IMG/VR virus record: IMGVR_UViG_3300043419_000690
Coordinates: 1-61,766 of that record
DNA: 61,766 nt
Reading direction: 5' to 3' (one strand)
Origin: a virus
Taxonomy: Duplodnaviria; Caudoviricetes
Within the stretch, counting starts at the first letter, position 1. Every line of letters starts with the position of its first letter. The position numbers and the translations under genes are program-made. Shown one piece after another: positions 29,063 to 38,476 of the stretch. A model generated the notes under the pieces. That model was not told where the DNA came from and made no database searches. It saw nothing but the letters and a program-made list of their open reading frames with translations.

Positions 29063-31183
29063 ATGCCCTTACAGCAGCTAAAATTCGCTCCCGGAATTAA
29101 CAGAGAACAGACCTCCCTTTCCGGTGAGGGTGGATGGTTTGACTGTGACAAAATTAGATTTCGTGCAGGTTTTCCAGAGAAAATAGGTGGTTGGAAACCT
29201 ATTTCTTCCGCAACGTTTGATGGTACATGTCGCTCACTGTGGAACTGGATTAGCCTAAACGGATTTGATTTGATGGGCGTGGGCACCGAATCAAAATTCT
29301 ATATTGAATATGGTAATGTTTACTATGACATCACTCCCATTCGTAGAACAGTCACTCTTAATAATCCTTTTGCTACTACCTATGACTCCACTCTAATTGT
29401 AGTAACGGACGTTGGGCATGGTGCAATTACTGGGGATTATGTGGTTTTCTCTGGTGCCACTACGGTAGCGGGGTTGAATTTAAATTTTGAGTATCAGATC
29501 ACATACGTTGATTCCAATACCTACACAATTACTTCCTCAACTCCTGCAAATGCAACTGTTGCTGCAGGTGGCGGTGCTTCTGTTGTTGCTCAATATCAGA
29601 TCAATAATGGTACAAACGTAGGCACTACCCAAACAGGTTGGGGCGCGGGCCTTTGGGGTGGTGTCATTACGGGCTCTGCATTGACGCAATTAAACGGTGC
29701 AATTAATGATAGTGTGACTACCATTGTAGCGGATTCAACAAGTGGATTTCCTTCAACAAATGGTTTGATTCAAATTGACGATGAGTTGATATCCTATACG
29801 GGTCCTAACACAGGTACTAACTTTGTTGGATGCACTCGCGGTGCATTAGGCACGACTGCTGCCTCTCATTTAAATAATGCACTAACTTATAATGCTACCA
29901 ATTATTATGGTTGGGGTCAGTCTGGTTCAACTGCAACGAACACATCATTGCGTTTATGGAGTCAGAGTAACTACGGTGAAGACCTCTTGTTTTCTTGGCG
30001 TGGTGGTCCTCTTTACTATTGGTCCCCGGGCGACGGATCGAGCCCCGCGCTTTCTATGCGTGCAACGATAGTTACTGCTACTAATGTCCCGGTTGTTTTA
30101 AACCAAGTGATGGTGTCTGATATTTCACGTATCACGATTGCATTTGGTTGTAATGATCTTGAGACAGTAGACCCATTAAAAATATTAGACCCATTATTAA
30201 TTAGATGGTCTGCGGTTGAAGACTATTTAGATTGGACACCTACTGCGACAAACCAAGCAGGTGGTCGTCGCTTGTCTCACGGATCAAGAATAGTTGGTGC
30301 AATACAGAGTCGTGAAGAGATATTGGTATGGACGGATGCTGCTATTTATTCGATGCAGTATATTGGCTATCCAGACGTATATAAATTCACCTTGTTGTCA
30401 GACAACATATCCATCGTTTCACCTAACTGCATGGTTACTGCAACGGGTGTTGTGTTTTGGATGGGTATAGACAAATTCTATGTGTACTCTGGTCGTGTTG
30501 ATACGCTGCCATCTACTTTACGTAAGTATATATATCAAGATATCAACTTAGATCAATCAGAACAGGTCTTTGGTGGCACCAACGAAGGATTTAGTGAGAT
30601 TTGGTGGTTTTATTGTTCGACGGGTTCTCCCATCATTAACAAATATGTTATTTTTAATTACTTGGATAAGGTGTGGTACTACGGCACTATGAGTCGTACT
30701 GCATGGCTAGATTCATCCTTGAATACCTATCCGATGGCCGCGACTCTTACTAATCAGATCGTGGAACACGAAATTATTGTTGATGATGGCACAACCAATC
30801 CTGCTTCTGCAATTAGTGCATATATCCAGTCTTCTGACTTTGATTTAGGTGATGGCCACAACAATGCGTTTGTATGGCGTATGTTGCCTGATGTGACGTT
30901 TGATGGTTCTACTACACCTAGTCCATTAAAGCCACAGATCAGAATGTCTATGCGTCCAAAGAAAAATCCTGGCGCAGCATTTACTGCAACAAATAATCCT
31001 ACGGTTGCATCGGCACAAAGTTATGCTTCTCAGCGTGTGTATAACGTTCAAGAATTTACACAGGTTATTTATACGCGTGCTCGTGGCAGAGAGATGGCGA
31101 TACGAATTGAATCCGATACGATTGGCACACAGTGGCAGTTAGGTACGCCTCGTATGGACATTAGACAGGATGGAAAACGTTAA
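29063..31183 (+). CDS. Tail nozzle/tubular protein (P22 gp10-like)
   Basis: 706 aa; PEKIGGW, IRWS, EIWWFY; upstream of the ejection proteins. Confidence 0.7.
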   Translation: MPLQQLKFAPGINREQTSLSGEGGWFDCDKIRFRAGFPEKIGGWKPISSATFDGTCRSLWNWISLNGFDLMGVGTESKFYIEYGNVYYDITPIRRTVTLNNPFATTYDSTLIVVTDVGHGAITGDYVVFSGATTVAGLNLNFEYQITYVDSNTYTITSSTPANATVAAGGGASVVAQYQINNGTNVGTTQTGWGAGLWGGVITGSALTQLNGAINDSVTTIVADSTSGFPSTNGLIQIDDELISYTGPNTGTNFVGCTRGALGTTAASHLNNALTYNATNYYGWGQSGSTATNTSLRLWSQSNYGEDLLFSWRGGPLYYWSPGDGSSPALSMRATIVTATNVPVVLNQVMVSDISRITIAFGCNDLETVDPLKILDPLLIRWSAVEDYLDWTPTATNQAGGRRLSHGSRIVGAIQSREEILVWTDAAIYSMQYIGYPDVYKFTLLSDNISIVSPNCMVTATGVVFWMGIDKFYVYSGRVDTLPSTLRKYIYQDINLDQSEQVFGGTNEGFSEIWWFYCSTGSPIINKYVIFNYLDKVWYYGTMSRTAWLDSSLNTYPMAATLTNQIVEHEIIVDDGTTNPASAISAYIQSSDFDLGDGHNNAFVWRMLPDVTFDGSTTPSPLKPQIRMSMRPKKNPGAAFTATNNPTVASAQSYASQRVYNVQEFTQVIYTRARGREMAIRIESDTIGTQWQLGTPRMDIRQDGKR

Positions 31184-32589
31184 TGGCAACTAGTCTTGTT
31201 ATAACTGAGTCTTTTGATTTAACGAGAACGAAAGCGCCTGCTCTTCCTTATGCTCCGACTGAGTATGATCGGGTGTATCAGGATACGCTAAATAACATTT
31301 TGCGCCAGTACTTTAATACGCTGGATAATTTAATAGGGCAGTTAGAAATTATGGCCTCTTCTAATGGAACGATTCCTGTCTCAATAGGTGGCACTAATAC
31401 AGATGCGTTTGGTCGTATTCGTGCTAGTCAGCCTTACACATTATTTGATAGTCAAAGCAGATACGCGGCTGATAACCAGTTTGATACATCAACTAGTGGT
31501 ACAGGGACAGCCACATTTAATACTAATCAATCCAGTGTGAGCTTGGCAGTAACAGGTGGTGGCGTTGGCTCTGTTGTACGTCAATCTTTTAGAAGCTTTC
31601 CGTATCAACCTGGTAAAAGCTTATTGGTCCTTGCTACGTTTTTAATGAGCAATAGCACCTCTGCTAACTTAAATCAAAAGGTTGGTTACTTTAATACGCA
31701 GAATGGTGTGTTTTTCCAACGAACAGACAATGTAAATTCTTTTGTATTGCGGACCAATATAACAGGCACGCCATCCGACGCTCGTGCTGTTTCCCAAGCA
31801 AACTGGAACGGTGACAAATTAGATGGAACAGGTGACAGTGGATTAACACTTGATTTAACTCATCCGCAAATTCTTTGGATGGATTTTGAGTGGTTGGGTG
31901 TTGGCTCTGTACGCTGTGGTTTTATCATTAATGGTGAATATATTGTCTGCCACACTTTTAATACTTCTAATGTGTATGGCAGCACCGTATACATGACCAC
32001 AGCTATCTTGCCTGTGCGTTATGAAATTACATCAACTACTGCTGCAGTAGCTGCATCGCTTACACAAATCTGTAGTTCAGTAGCATCTGAAGGTGGGTTT
32101 GAGCAAGTTTCAATTGACCACGTAGCGCGGCGCACTACAGTATTTACCAATATTGATACAACAGCGACATTCTTTCCTATCGTATCTATACGTTTGGCTT
32201 CTGGTAGGACAGGTGCCGTTGTGCTGCCTAATCGTATTCAATTTTTACCGTTGACTAATCAAAACTATGAAGTGGCTTTGTTGAAAAACCCAACGCTAAC
32301 AGGTGCTACTTGGGCGGCAACGGTTCCAACAGACAGTAATGTGGAATTTGACGTGGCAGCAACGGCTATTTCTGATGTGGGTACGATTGTTCAAACAGAC
32401 TATATAACTGCCTCCGGTAGTGCCGGGGTTAGTCAGACGGCAGCTCCTACCGGATATAACTGGGATTTACAAATTGGTGCATCTTTAGCCGGGGTCAGTG
32501 ATATATACACCTTGGCTGTACGGACAGTAGATGGAGCCACAAAAGGCAGTGGCGTAGGATCAATCTCCTTCTATGATTTGACTCAATAG
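31183..32589 (+). CDS. Tail-associated structural protein
   Basis: N-terminal LPYAPTEY..LRQYFN helix joined to a TDAFGRIR beta-rich domain. Confidence 0.65.
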   Translation: MATSLVITESFDLTRTKAPALPYAPTEYDRVYQDTLNNILRQYFNTLDNLIGQLEIMASSNGTIPVSIGGTNTDAFGRIRASQPYTLFDSQSRYAADNQFDTSTSGTGTATFNTNQSSVSLAVTGGGVGSVVRQSFRSFPYQPGKSLLVLATFLMSNSTSANLNQKVGYFNTQNGVFFQRTDNVNSFVLRTNITGTPSDARAVSQANWNGDKLDGTGDSGLTLDLTHPQILWMDFEWLGVGSVRCGFIINGEYIVCHTFNTSNVYGSTVYMTTAILPVRYEITSTTAAVAASLTQICSSVASEGGFEQVSIDHVARRTTVFTNIDTTATFFPIVSIRLASGRTGAVVLPNRIQFLPLTNQNYEVALLKNPTLTGATWAATVPTDSNVEFDVAATAISDVGTIVQTDYITASGSAGVSQTAAPTGYNWDLQIGASLAGVSDIYTLAVRTVDGATKGSGVGSISFYDLTQ

Positions 32590-32627
32590 AATGCTAAACT
32601 TCTTAATATCGAACACGAGGATTAAAT

Positions 32628-35162
32628 ATGGCCACCTCCCCTAATCAAGGCATCATGGGTCTTCAAGAAGACTACTTTTCCAGAGGAATGCTTCCCCCTG
32701 AAATGGGTTTGGAAGTCGCCGATGGCACTATGCAGAACTTAAATCCGCAGATCATGCCTGTGGTAGATGGTTTAACCTCTGAGATTAGTGGTCAACTTGC
32801 TAAATTATCTGATGATGAATTGGATATTTTTATTCAGCTTGTTCAACAGCTATATGATGAGCCGGATAATTACGCTGAAAATCGTGCGTATTTAATCCAA
32901 GGCGGTGACCTTAGCGAAGAAGATTTACCTCCTGAGTACGATCCAGAAGCATTGGCAACAATGCTTTATGTGTTGCGTAAAGAGAAACAAATGCGCATGG
33001 GTGGTATGGGTAATATGTCTCCTGATCAGGGGACAATGCCTCCTATGGCAGGTGCAGCTCCTGAAATGATGCAACCTCCACAGGGCTTTGCTCGTGGTGG
33101 CATTGCTGAAGCAGCGCGGCTCGTGGCTGGTAGTGGTCGTAATGGCGACACCATGCTTGCACACATCACACCAAGAGAAGCCAAATTACTGCGCAAGCAC
33201 GGCGGCTCGGGGACCATTAATCCTGTGACTGGTTTACGTGAGTATGGCTTCTTTAGCTTTATTACTGATGCTTGGAAAGCGGTATGGAAACCAGTTAAAC
33301 AATTCCTAAATAGTTCCGTTGGTAAGATTGTGTCTCAAGTGGCACTAAATATCTTAATCCCTGGTTGGGGATCAGTTATTGCTTCTGGTTTGCAAACAGC
33401 AGCAGCAGGCGGCAACTTTGGTGACATTGTTAAATCAATGGCAATATCTGGAGCAACGTCATTTTTAAGTGGTGGTTTGGCAAAGCAGGGGTTTCCTAGC
33501 CCAATTCAAAATCAATTAGATGCTGTAGCAAGCGGCCTACATATTACCTCTGAGGTAGGTAAGCAGGCCTTAAGCCAAGGTGTAGTAACCGCTGGTATGG
33601 GCTTGGTACAAGGAAAAGGATTACAAGAATCTGCCAAAGAGGGTTTAATGGCGGCAGGTACTGTTCAGGCTGCAAAACTTGCAGGTGATGTTCTTAGCCC
33701 AAAAGCAGAGCCTAGAATATTTAGAGAACAAGGTCCTGCTGCACCTGTTTATGAAGACGGTAAACTTGTTTCTGGAAACTATGATGTAAGATTAGCTGGA
33801 GAAAAGCTCCCTGGTATAGTACCTCCTGTTACAACTACTGCTCCTCCTGTCAGTGGTGATCTCGGTTCAGGATTAAAAGTTAAAGGTTTTGGGGATACGT
33901 TTGGTGGAGTAAATCCCTCGGTATCTACTTCTGTGTTGCCTTCTGCAGACTACAGGCTTTCAGCAACTCCTGTTGTGGGCAGTGCGAGTACCTCAACCAC
34001 CCCTATTGGTATTGATCCCAATATTTCTTCAGGTGCAGGATTTAAAGCTAGTCCAACAGCTTCAACTACGCCATACGAATACCCAGAAATAACTAAATCT
34101 GTAGGTCAAATATTTAGCAGTGATCCGATGACGGGCTTGAAGAATACATTCATGCCTGAAGGTCCTACAACCACACAAATTGTTAATTCTCCTGAATACA
34201 GAAGACTGGTGGATGTTGAAAAATTTACTCCAGAACAAGCTTTAGCTAGAGTCAGCAAAGATTTAACTCCTGGCACATTGCGCACCTATGGTCCGGGAGC
34301 CGCGGCTGGTTTAGGTATTATGGCTATGTCTGGTGCATTTACGCCTCCTGGCCAAGAAGATGGTCCTGGCGCTAATGGTCCAGAATTCCGCGGTCCGACA
34401 GGCGCGGACCTTTTAGAATCTAATCCCGAGAAGTATATGGTTCAGGGTATGCCGAGTGTTAGGTACAATAGTGCCGGACCCAATAGGCGTTACACTATGC
34501 CTGATGTGGCTATTCCAACTAGCTACTATGACGCTCCGCGCTACGCGGACGGCGGCGACGTTGGTCATTACGCGGGTGGCGGTACCGCACAGGTCAATCC
34601 AAATTACAGGGGACCAATGAATCCTGCTCCTGCTTCTCCTGAGCCAGAGCCAGCATACAAGGCTGAATACCGCCAATTAACGCAATCATTGACACCTGCT
34701 GCCCGTGAGTATTTAGCAAATAATTCGCCTCCTGGAGTAGTTGCTACTGCGCAGATGATGAGAGATGCCATGGCTTATTCTCAACGTAAGGCTCCTTCAC
34801 AAGCTAATAGTTTATTTTCCCAAAACCCTGATTTATACACAGTAAGTTTAGGTGGCAGAGCGGGTATGGCAAATGATGGTGGTTACGGCGGATATCCTCA
34901 ATTTACAATGCCTGATATTCAAGTAGCGCCGCGGTCAAAAGGTATTGCTGGATTAGCTACAGGCGGTTATCCTAGAAAAACAGGTCAAATCAGTGGACCG
35001 GGAACCGCGACTTCGGATTCCATCCCTGCCATGCTTTCTGACGGAGAATTTGTCATGACTGCTAAAGCAGTGCGTGGCTTAGGTAAAGGTAGCCGTCGCG
35101 AAGGCGCTAAACGCATGTATGCGCTAATGCATCAATTAGAACGTAACGCTGCAAGGGGTTAA
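32628..35162 (+). CDS. Internal virion/ejection protein with multiple GG tags
   Basis: GRNGDTMLAHI..GGSGTINPVTGLREY and GPGTATSDSIPAMLSDGEFV modules; hydrophobic segments. Confidence 0.7.
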   Translation: MATSPNQGIMGLQEDYFSRGMLPPEMGLEVADGTMQNLNPQIMPVVDGLTSEISGQLAKLSDDELDIFIQLVQQLYDEPDNYAENRAYLIQGGDLSEEDLPPEYDPEALATMLYVLRKEKQMRMGGMGNMSPDQGTMPPMAGAAPEMMQPPQGFARGGIAEAARLVAGSGRNGDTMLAHITPREAKLLRKHGGSGTINPVTGLREYGFFSFITDAWKAVWKPVKQFLNSSVGKIVSQVALNILIPGWGSVIASGLQTAAAGGNFGDIVKSMAISGATSFLSGGLAKQGFPSPIQNQLDAVASGLHITSEVGKQALSQGVVTAGMGLVQGKGLQESAKEGLMAAGTVQAAKLAGDVLSPKAEPRIFREQGPAAPVYEDGKLVSGNYDVRLAGEKLPGIVPPVTTTAPPVSGDLGSGLKVKGFGDTFGGVNPSVSTSVLPSADYRLSATPVVGSASTSTTPIGIDPNISSGAGFKASPTASTTPYEYPEITKSVGQIFSSDPMTGLKNTFMPEGPTTTQIVNSPEYRRLVDVEKFTPEQALARVSKDLTPGTLRTYGPGAAAGLGIMAMSGAFTPPGQEDGPGANGPEFRGPTGADLLESNPEKYMVQGMPSVRYNSAGPNRRYTMPDVAIPTSYYDAPRYADGGDVGHYAGGGTAQVNPNYRGPMNPAPASPEPEPAYKAEYRQLTQSLTPAAREYLANNSPPGVVATAQMMRDAMAYSQRKAPSQANSLFSQNPDLYTVSLGGRAGMANDGGYGGYPQFTMPDIQVAPRSKGIAGLATGGYPRKTGQISGPGTATSDSIPAMLSDGEFVMTAKAVRGLGKGSRREGAKRMYALMHQLERNAARG

Positions 35163-35164
35163 TC

Positions 35165-36043
35165 ATGGCAGAAGTCACTGAACAAATAGTCCGGGAAGCC
35201 CCGGAAATTGAGGCCTATAAACTAGGCCTCTTAAAATCAGCAAAAGATTTAAAAATGCCGGAGTTGCCTGCTTATCAAATAGCAGGCATGACGGCCACAC
35301 AAAAGGCAGCGTTAGACGCGGGCCGCGAAGGTATTGGCGCATACAAGCCTTACATGACTCAAGCAGGTGGTGCCTATACCAGTGGTTTAGATTTAGTCAA
35401 TCGTGGTATGAATACTTTTGATGCTGCGGCAGCTAATCAGTATATGAATCCGTATAATCAACGGGTTATAGATCAGGCGATGATGAATATCAATCGCCAA
35501 GGTGACATTGCACAGCAAAATTTACAATCACAAGCTATTCGTTCTGGTTCTTTTGGTGGCAGTCGTGAAGGTGTTCAGCGTGCTGAGTTACAGCGTGGTT
35601 TGGCTGAAACAAGAAATGCAGCTATGACTAACTTATTGAATCAAGGTTATGAAAGCGCACTAAAAGCATTTGAAGCGGAGCGTGCACGTAATCTAAGTGG
35701 TGCGCAAATGTCTGGCTTATTAGGTCAAGGTATTGGTTCACTAGGCGCACAGGCACAAGCTCTTGGCCAGCAAGATGTCAATTTTGGCTATACCTTGGGT
35801 GCACAAGAACAGAAGCAGCAGCAAGCAGAACTGGACGCGCTGCGTGCATCAAACATGCAACAAAGTATGCAGCCATATCAGCACCTTGGTTTCTTGTCGG
35901 ACATCTACAAAGGTGCGCCGTCTTCGCAAATGTCGGTCAGCACACAGACACAACCTGCACCAAGTCCATTCCAACAAATAGCAGGTTTAGGTACAGGTAT
36001 CTTGTCTACCGTGGGTGCAATGAAAACCGCTGGGGTCATGTAA
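35165..36043 (+). CDS. Ejection (DNA pilot-like) protein
   Basis: Gln/Ala-rich; YMNPY and GSFGGSR; amphipathic Gly-rich C-terminus. Confidence 0.7.
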   Translation: MAEVTEQIVREAPEIEAYKLGLLKSAKDLKMPELPAYQIAGMTATQKAALDAGREGIGAYKPYMTQAGGAYTSGLDLVNRGMNTFDAAAANQYMNPYNQRVIDQAMMNINRQGDIAQQNLQSQAIRSGSFGGSREGVQRAELQRGLAETRNAAMTNLLNQGYESALKAFEAERARNLSGAQMSGLLGQGIGSLGAQAQALGQQDVNFGYTLGAQEQKQQQAELDALRASNMQQSMQPYQHLGFLSDIYKGAPSSQMSVSTQTQPAPSPFQQIAGLGTGILSTVGAMKTAGVM

Positions 36044-36052
36044 GGAAAAAAT

Positions 36053-38476
36053 ATGAAAGAACAAGTTCTAAAGCGCGAGATGTTTACAAAGCCTATGTCA
36101 AAGGCTTCGAAAAACAGCGGCATCATGGCAGGATTCGAGGACATGGAACCAGAAGAAGACGAAATGCCACCAATGGCACGTAGTCCTCAGAATCCAGAAA
36201 TCTTAATGAATAATCTACGGGGCGATTTTCGCTCTGTTGACGCACGCTACGCGGAACTTGCTCAGATGGTGGGTGAAGAAGCTGCCAGTGAGACACCTCC
36301 TGAAGTACTTGCAATGTTACAGCAACAGTTTGCTGCACCTGCCGCTCCACCACAGCCGCCTCAAGGTGGTATTGGTGCGTTGCCCCAAGGTGCAGGTATG
36401 GCTCCTCCCCCTGAGATGATGGGTAGTATGGCTCCTCCTATGCCACAAGGCATGGAGGGTATGCCCCCTTTTCCGCAGGGCGGGGCGGATAACGCTCCGC
36501 CGACTCCTGATGGCTTGCCTCCACTACGTGCGGCAGCGGGTTCGTTCGTTGCCAACATTTTGCGTGGCGGGTACGACTTAGGTAGAGCTGGTATTGGTAA
36601 AATTGCTGATGAAGCATCCATGATTGGTGGATCAGCGATGAATGCTGCCCGTCCTTATTTAACGCAAGCAGATGAGTACTTTGGCAGAATGCTGCCACCT
36701 TCTATGCGTACTTCTGTTATGCGTGGTGAAGATGGTCGTCCAATTACTATTCAAGGTCGTGAGTCCGTTATGTCAGGACCAGGCAGAGAGCCTATGGGTC
36801 TGGGTGAAGGTACCCGCTTGACACAAGGAAGAACAATTGAAATGGGTCAACCTCCATTAAGCCAAGTAATAGCAGAACAAGCTGCACGTAATCCAGGTAC
36901 TACAAACGCAATACTAGGTGGTGGTGCACTGACTGTAGGTGGAATGGGAATCAATGAATATTTAAATAGTGCGAGAAGATCAAATCTCATGACCCCTGCG
37001 CCTAATCAAGCAGAGATAGATGCACGGGTAAATGAAATCCCAATGCCGAATAATGCTCCACCTGCTCCCCCCGGTGATGTACAGGCACAAGCAGTGGACC
37101 AAGCTTCGCGGAACTTCACAACTATTCCTGCTAATAGCCCTATCTTTAATCAAGCGGAGACACCAGTTTCTCCTGTGCCTGTTCCTAAAAAAGATCAATC
37201 CATTGCATCTTTTATTGACACTCAATTGAAGAAAGAAGCGGCTACGGAAAAAGATTTTGGTACTCGTGTTAAAGAGGGCTATGCCAAGCTTGAGCCAACC
37301 TTCCGTGAGATATTGGGCGACAACAAGAGTGACATTCGTGCTAATGCTTTGTTGTTATTGGCTGATGCAGGCTTTAAGTATGCGACAGAAAGAAAAGCTA
37401 CACCAGCGATGGCATTATCTAGTGCGTTATCTGGTATGCCAAAAGGCTTTGCTGCGTTAATTGCTCAGTCTAAAGAGCGTGACATGAAGATCAAGACTGC
37501 AGCGATGCAGCAAGCCATTGATAATGTCAATCTGCAAGACAAGTATGCAATGCAGAATCAGCTTGAGTTACTTAAAGCGCGTACCAAGAAAGAAAACACC
37601 ATGCTCGCAGGTGACTATAGGTTACTTGAGAAGCAAATTGAGCAAGGTGGCGCATTACGTAAAGACGGTGGCATGGGTCTTGAGATGTATGAAACCAAGA
37701 ATGGCAACATGATTGGTCAGACTATCAACCCTGAAAGCCCTGTCGTACAAAGTGCTATCAAGAGCCGCTATACATTGCGTGATACTGATAATCCATATGT
37801 CGAGAACCGCGGTGCAGCACCTACTACACTTGAAACAGATAAAGCTGAACGTATCAAGCTTGGTAATACACTGCGCTCCTTAGACAACAGCTTGGCTACC
37901 TTGGATAACCTGAAGGGAACATACTCACAAGTATATGGTCCAGGCACATGGTTCAATGACAAGGTTAATAACCTCTTTGTTCCAGTCTCTGCTGGAGTCA
38001 TTCGTCCTGATGTTAATTTGACAGATGCCTCTACTCGTATTAGTACTGGCATGAACAGTATCTTAAAGAACATCGCTTCTGCTAATGATGGTGGTCGTGT
38101 CGCGGTTCAAGAGCAAGAGTGGGCACGTGAGACTGCAAAAGGTATTAATGATCCAACCGCATTCTTTGCTAACAAAGAGATTGCAGCAAAACAATTTGCA
38201 AGTATGGAAGCAATGTTGCGTAACTCACGTCAGCAAGTGCTGACTCAATTAGGGTTTGAAGGTAACGACTATGTTATGTCTACCCCTAACACTGGCACGA
38301 AGAATGATCCGTTTGTCTACCCATCTGATCCAGAAGGACAAAGACGTATGTCTACGTTCTTGGGTTCAACAATTGGCACAATCCAAGACCCACGGGCCAC
38401 GGTTTATATTAAAATGCCTGACGGTACAGTAGTATCACGTAACCCTGCTACATTAAAAAGGCTACTTGGACAATGA
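36053..38476 (+). CDS. Internal virion/ejection protein
   Basis: 807 aa; VLKREMF start; Pro-rich linkers. Confidence 0.7.
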   Translation: MKEQVLKREMFTKPMSKASKNSGIMAGFEDMEPEEDEMPPMARSPQNPEILMNNLRGDFRSVDARYAELAQMVGEEAASETPPEVLAMLQQQFAAPAAPPQPPQGGIGALPQGAGMAPPPEMMGSMAPPMPQGMEGMPPFPQGGADNAPPTPDGLPPLRAAAGSFVANILRGGYDLGRAGIGKIADEASMIGGSAMNAARPYLTQADEYFGRMLPPSMRTSVMRGEDGRPITIQGRESVMSGPGREPMGLGEGTRLTQGRTIEMGQPPLSQVIAEQAARNPGTTNAILGGGALTVGGMGINEYLNSARRSNLMTPAPNQAEIDARVNEIPMPNNAPPAPPGDVQAQAVDQASRNFTTIPANSPIFNQAETPVSPVPVPKKDQSIASFIDTQLKKEAATEKDFGTRVKEGYAKLEPTFREILGDNKSDIRANALLLLADAGFKYATERKATPAMALSSALSGMPKGFAALIAQSKERDMKIKTAAMQQAIDNVNLQDKYAMQNQLELLKARTKKENTMLAGDYRLLEKQIEQGGALRKDGGMGLEMYETKNGNMIGQTINPESPVVQSAIKSRYTLRDTDNPYVENRGAAPTTLETDKAERIKLGNTLRSLDNSLATLDNLKGTYSQVYGPGTWFNDKVNNLFVPVSAGVIRPDVNLTDASTRISTGMNSILKNIASANDGGRVAVQEQEWARETAKGINDPTAFFANKEIAAKQFASMEAMLRNSRQQVLTQLGFEGNDYVMSTPNTGTKNDPFVYPSDPEGQRRMSTFLGSTIGTIQDPRATVYIKMPDGTVVSRNPATLKRLLGQ

